This document shows positions 52,363 to 57,997 of a DNA stretch of 57,997 nt, piece after piece. The translations under genes were made by a program, and so were the position numbers. Numbering within the stretch: position 1 is the stretch's first letter; each line of letters begins with the position of its first letter. Source of the DNA: Macrostomum lignano (lineage: Eukaryota); the NCBI GenBank assembly GCA_002269645.1, contig NIVC01003434.1, forward strand, positions 1 to 57,997, given 5' to 3'. The notes under the pieces were generated by a model. That model saw nothing but the letters and a program-made list of their open reading frames with translations, searched no databases and was not told where the DNA came from.

Positions 52363-55300
52363 TTAAGGAAGCAAAACAGTCTGCTTGCCAGCGATTTGTC
52401 CCCGGCAAATCGGGCACTCGAGCAGCTTTGCCGAGCAGTCCTGGCAGCTCAGCATGTGGCTGCACGGCACCAGCACAATACTGATTGGCTGGTCTGAGCA
52501 CAGGCAGCAGGTCCGCTCTTGAAGCAGACACTCCAAACGACTAGCTAACGCATTAATGCTCTGCGGAAATTAAAGTTACCTTACATTATTCTATGAAGTT
52601 ACATTATCATGCTAATTACAGGTAGTGCAAGAGAACATCCATCTCACCTCGTCTGGCCCGGCAGGACAGGCGGCCGGCTCTGCGGTCGTAGCAGCAGCAG
52701 CAACTGCCGGCTTCAGTGCGCCGCCGGCGCTGCGCAGGTCACGGAACTGACGGCGCCTGGCCGCGTCGTGCACCTCTTTGGCTGTGCAGCGAACGTCGAA
52801 AGCGTAGCAGCTGCATGGGCCTGCGGGTTCGGGGCCGGCCTCGCGTGGAAGGGCACTGCTGAGAACCCACTGACCCAACTGACCCCACAGACCCTACGGA
52901 CCCCAACTGACCCAACTGACCCAAGGGACCCCAACTGACCCTAACTGACCCCACTGACCCTAACTGACCCCACTGACCCTACTGAGCCCACTGACCCCAC
53001 TGAGCCTATTGACCCCACTAACGCCTACTGACCCCACTGAGCCTACTGACCCCACTGACCCCACTGAGCCTACTGACCCCACTGACGCCACTGCCCTACT
53101 GAGCCTACTGACCCCACTGACCCCACTGAGCCTACTGAGCCTACTGATCCCACTGACCCCACTGACCCCACTGACCCTACTGACCCCACTGACCCCACTG
53201 AGCCTACTGAGCCTACTGAGCCTACTGACCCCACTGACCCCACTGACCCCACTGACCCTACTGAGCCTACTGACCCCACTGACCCTACTGACCCCACTGA
53301 CCCCACTGACCCTACTGAGCCTACTGACCCCACTGACCCCACTGACCCTACTGAGCCTACTGACCCCACTGACCCCACTGAGCCTACTGAGCCTACTGAC
53401 CCCACTGACCCCACTGACCCCACTGACCCCACTGAGCCTACTGACCCCAGACCCCACTGACCCCACTGACGCCACTGCCCTACTAAGCCTACTGACCCCA
53501 GACCCCACTGACCCCACTGACGCCACTGCCCTACTGAGCCTACTGACCCCACTGACCCCACTGACCCCACTGACGCCACTGACCCCAACAAAACAGATCA
53601 ACCCCAGACCATAAGCAGCGCAATGCTCACAGCAGTCCTCAGCGGATTTTGCCTCGCTGTTGACGGCATCACTGCCCACGGCGCCGCCTTTGATGAGCGC
53701 CGCCAAACTGGCCTTAAGGTCGCCGACCCTCGGCGAATTCCGCAGCGGGTGCCGCCGCCGCCGCTGCATCGCCAGCCGGGAGCGCACGCTGCCGCTGCGG
53801 AAGAAACTGTGCGTCTCCGTCACGCAGCGGTACAGGCCTTCGGCAGCTTTGCCGCTGGCCAGACGGAAACCAAATTCCCTAGCAATTCCGTCTTGATTAC
53901 TTAGCAACAGGTAAATCAGCCTGCCGCTTCTGGTCACCTTCTGAACTCTGGGAAACGCGTACCTGTTTAATAGTTGGTTAAATTTATAAATTATTGTTGT
54001 TACTTGCGTTTCTATACTGGCTAATTTCTTGCAAAATGCATACGGATATAAATGCGCCACTAAAATCTGCCACTAAAAAGTTACGTCCATTGTTAAAGCG
54101 GAACGCTTGCAGCCCAGCCCGTAAACAACTTGTTATCAATCTGTAATGTACATTGGCTAGCGCCCCGCTGGAAATGTACATGGGAGAGGAGGGCTGTGGG
54201 GGGTAGAGGGTTCGCGTGTAGAAGACGCGGTCGGGGGTTGAGCTAAGGGCTGGGGGCTGTTAATGGTCGATAAAAATATACATGAGCCAATAAGAAAGTC
54301 AGAAAGGAAAAAGGAAAGAGATTAATAACTTTGCACACCAGCCAGCCGAAGCCAAATTTTACTCAGAACACAAATTTAGCCAAAAAAACGCCAAACCGAC
54401 GCCCATTGAAAGTAGCAGATATAGCATATATTGATAGGCCAGGAATAAAAAAGTCTGGCACCAACCTCAGCAGAACTCCGCCATCTGCGCGGCAAAGGAG
54501 GACCGATTCACAGTCAACTCCAATTAATAGTTTTCGTCGCTGACAGTCTTTGACGGGATGAAAGTGACAGCCGTAAGCGGCTCCGTTTGCCACCTGTTCT
54601 AGGGTTGTCGTGCGAGCAGCTTCGGTTGGGTGCTGGTGGCCAGCGCGCCTGAGAGCCTCCAAGTGAAATAGCTGCCTGTGAGGACATTCAAAATGATTTT
54701 CTAAATCTTAAAATAACCTTGACCTCCCATAATGACCCCTGATAACCCTAAAAACCCAGAACGAATAGGCCTCCAGAATGACCTTGACCTGTGACCTGCT
54801 ACCAGAGTGATCGTGACTTCCCTGAGTGACCTTGACAGGGTGACCTTGAACTCGCTGCTGGGTGATCTTGGACTCCCTGCTGGTGACCTTGGACTCGCGG
54901 CTGGGTGACCTTGGACTCCCAGAATTACTATATGAATTCCTTAGGCTAGGCCTTGACCTCAACCTACGATGCCCACCCAGAGACTGGCTCACCGAGTCGC
55001 CTCTTCCACCAGCATATGGGGCTGCACGAAGAACCTGACAGCCAGGCGCAACTGGCAGCGGCCGGGCCGGGGCACCTGCTTGGCGAGCCGATTGCGGCTG
55101 TTGACCCAGAGCTCCTCGCCTCGGCTGCCTGGATAGGTCAAGCCGAAATAGTCCGCCTCCTCGAATACGCCCTCACTGCGGCACAACTGCAAACATGTTG
55201 GGAGCGGGCGGGTTCAGCTAAATAGATTTAAATTCTCTAGTAATATGCCAACAATATGCTGGTAGTTATCAGTAGACATAAGCGAATTTTCAGACGGGCA

Positions 55301-55691
55301 TAGCAAAATGGGTGTCTTTCATTGTTGCTCTTAGCTACAAGACCTCTTCTGTATGCCAGAAACTAAAATTAGACGTCGCACCCGAATATTCGAATGTTTA
55401 TTTTTATCTAAGTTAGTGAGCATTGTGACATTGTCAGATTTTTTTACCGAAATCCCTGCTTAGCTGTGTATGTTTTCACTTTTTGCTAAGATTTTTTGTA
55501 CCAACTGAATTTTTTGACTACTGCTTAACTCACAGAAAGCAAGAAACTCAGTCACTGCTCAGGTCGCCAAATCAAACTGCAAAATTTTGCTCACCAATTT
55601 AATGCAGTCGTATCCACTGCACTTTGTCGAACGAGACAACCCGAACTCGCCCGTCTGGCAGAGTCACTTCGTAGTGAACGAGGCAACTCAT
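52363..55691 (-). CDS. mylip: FERM-RING E3 ubiquitin ligase, MYLIP/IDOL (Drosophila dnr1) family
   Basis: Exons 55691-55595 (frame break), 55186-54993, 54675-54466, 53962-53631, 52820(or 52858)-52648, 52560-52363. DYFGL.YPGSRGEELW.N.RNRL...VRFFVQPH; YG..FH.VKD..RKLLIGV; AAEGLYRCVTETHSFFR; YAFDV..T.KEVHD.ARR; RING CCLCSDQPISIVLVPCSHMLSCQDCSAKLLECPICR (missed by the ORF track). Confidence 0.88.
52870..53585. repeat. 9-bp intronic repeat (GACCCCACT/GAGCCTACT)
   Basis: Long imperfect tandem array in a mylip intron. Confidence 0.95.
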
Positions 55692-56795
55692 TTTATTTTG
55701 AAAAAAATCTTTAAAATAGTTAATTTTAGGACAATTGCGATTGTTTCATGAAGGCAAATCAACACACTCACTGTTTGTTTGAACAGACGCTTTTGTATGG
55801 CGTATGCTGTGTGCGCAATCCTGTTTATATAAAGGAATTCCGGGGTGAGAATCTGAAATTGCACACGCCACATGCGCATGGGGCTTCCTTTTCCATCCTC
55901 TCCTACTGTGGTAACCCGAAATTTGGCGAGTGAGAATGGTTTCTTGTCAAGGTCAATTCGTGCAGGGCCACGCAGCATGCGCATGGCGCACTCAAAGCCG
56001 GGAGAAGTTGCCTCGATTCATTTTTAGCACTATGCGCCATTTTCCATTCGCGTGTCGCGTGACCCTTAATAGCAGTGCCTGTAAGTACGCTATGGGCATG
56101 GAAATCCAAATGGACCAGATAGATACTACTGACTGCTACTCCACATTCCAATGTTCCAAGTTCCAACCAAACAATCTCATTAAAGGAAAAACCTAGGCTT
56201 TCGAATCATCTTACATTATCTGTTTCTAACAGATAATTTCATATTCGTAAGCGCAACTCTAGATTGCATGCTCATAAATACTAGCTGAGTACTAAAAATG
56301 TAGTTGCAATCGACTGGCTATGGGATTGATTAAAAAAAACGGCTCAATGATTTTCACCAAAACTTGGTTAGAAAATAATTGTTATCTCTGAAATTCATTC
56401 CACGATTGGTAAACTCTCTTAGAATCCACAGTTTATTCAAAGTATACTTATAAGTAAAGCATAGCAATAGTACGAGAGATTAACATGAATAAGCCCAAGC
56501 TTGGCCACAATCGAACAGACAACAAATAAGAGTTGTAAGGCTGCTGACACTGTACAAATGATGAAAGGCGGCGAGTCCAGGCGCGAACAAAAGCACACAA
56601 TGCTATTTAATAGTTAACAGAAATAGATTCAGCAAATATAGGCCGTGTACAGCAAAAGTAAAAACGAGAAAAACAAGAAAGAATGGCAGCTAGTCCAGCA
56701 ATTTCTTTCAATTATGAAGTTGCTTTTACAGTCACGCGGAAAAGTGCATTTCATAGAGAGCGAAAGCATTGTACCATTTAATTCAGCTTAATTGC

Positions 56796-56954
56796 ATCTG
56801 ATTGGCTGGCGTATGACACTTGTTACCCAACCCCACTCCCTTGCCTAGCTAAACAATCCCGCCTCTACCCATCAGTTGTATCTGATTGGCTGGCGTATGA
56901 CACTTGTTAACCCACCCCACTTCCTGCCTAGCTAAACAATCTCCGCCCGCCTCT
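56796..56954. promoter_or_regulatory. Tandem duplicated ~75-bp module with CCAAT, AACAAT and GC-box motifs
   Basis: Copies 56796-56866 and 56880-56954 share ATCTGATTGGCTGGCGTATGACACTTGTTA...GCCTAGCTAAACAAT...CCGCCTCT; about 1.1 kb upstream of the mylip ATG. Confidence 0.5.
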
Positions 56955-57997
56955 AGTCCCCTAATTCCGCTTGCGTACTATAGAAACTATTGATTAATTT
57001 CAACGTTGTTAAGACTACGCCAAAAAAGAGCTCAAGAAAATAATTAGTTCATATGACCAGCAGCTGAGTCACGATCCAGCCAGTAAATAGGCAGCCAGCA
57101 GCAGAAGCAGCAGAACTCCTTCGTTAAGGGTTAGTAATTTCATCCACAACCAAACAGGGCCCCTACGCAGCAGACCCAACAATTGGGACAATCGCTGCCG
57201 ATTGTACAGATGCGGCTGCTGTTGTTGTTTTCTGGTCAGCAACTTCGATAGAGTGTAGACAGTAAACATGGCGATGCAGGCCCACTTGTAAAACCAGCAC
57301 TGGCCGCTGCTACCGGGCTGAAATGAATGGATAGTAAGTCTGCATAGTTTACCAATATCACTCGGGCTGCTTTGCTAGCATTATTGTAGTGTCGTGTAGA
57401 GATTTTGTCTATATGGTGGATCGCAGCTGCAAATAAGACGAAGCGTTGTCAGGGCGACTGCAAGCTCAGCTGTGCCCAATATAGATTATGAACTACTCAA
57501 ACTTTGAAAAGAATTGTCGAACACATATGCAACTGTACAACCACACTACCGGCCGCTTTTATCGTACAGTTCATTTAAATAAAACTAGTTACCTTGACTA
57601 TTTTCTTCGAATCTGAGTCTTCGAGAGGCCCTTGAAGGATATGCACAAAAATCTGTTCCTCCATTTTAGGTTTAGAAGAAGGAAGAATCCTACTACACAG
57701 TGGCAATGCAGAAGCAGCTGGGTTAGTGTTTAGGCAAAAAGAAGAAATGTTTTGACAAAAGTTCATTAATTGTACAGCAGCAGCAGCAGCATGTACACAG
57801 CACGACAAAATGAATCCGTTTAAGTGTTACAGAAGTGGGTTCCAGCGCCTTGAAAAATGTCCCTACTCGGCTTGATGTCAGCCTCCTTTAAACGCTACTT
57901 TGACACTCGAGTTAAGCTATTTTAATCTTATAGAATTAATTAAGTTCGCAAAATGATTAGTCTATTTGTTCACAGCGCAGCCAAATCATCTGTATAT

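Noticed and set aside
57575-57808. Minus-strand ORF ending at a donor-like GTAAC
   Set aside because: No recognisable domain and no partner exon identified in the window.

Overview
Animal (eukaryotic) genomic DNA. GC-rich, Ala/Gln-rich exons sit among introns filled with unrelated minisatellites, a style most consistent with a flatworm such as Macrostomum (inference only). Genes I can support: a FoxL1-type forkhead gene (-, 2 exons); a brat/ncl-1-type TRIM-NHL gene (-, 6-8 exons) that retains a RING-like domain; an SLC52 riboflavin transporter (+, 3 exons); an orphan two-TM gene (-); an intronless Toll-like LRR membrane protein without TIR (+); and a MYLIP/IDOL (dnr1) FERM-RING E3 ligase (-, 6 exons). 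Mobile DNA: a non-autonomous LTR element with a 5-bp TSD inserted in a Sola-like transposase/PHD remnant, two hAT elements with 8-bp TSDs, a TA-flanked MITE, a MITE whose subterminal repeat became a satellite, RTE and RNase H LINE fossils, and a rearranged Penelope-like element with a hammerhead ribozyme core. Most striking signal: two sharply bounded, almost CpG-free domains (26.9-29.2 kb and 30.25-31.9 kb) flank a CpG-retaining divergent promoter. They show C-to-T decay at CpG and also at CAG/CpA sites, while TEs elsewhere in the window keep their CpGs. Other leads: a possible Spaetzle/neurotrophin-like cystine-knot remnant 5 kb upstream of the Toll-like receptor, minisatellite unit lengths clustered near 21 and 32 bp, and one apparent frame break in five of the six genes. 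All gene calls come from recalled motif similarity and by-eye translation; no database search was run.
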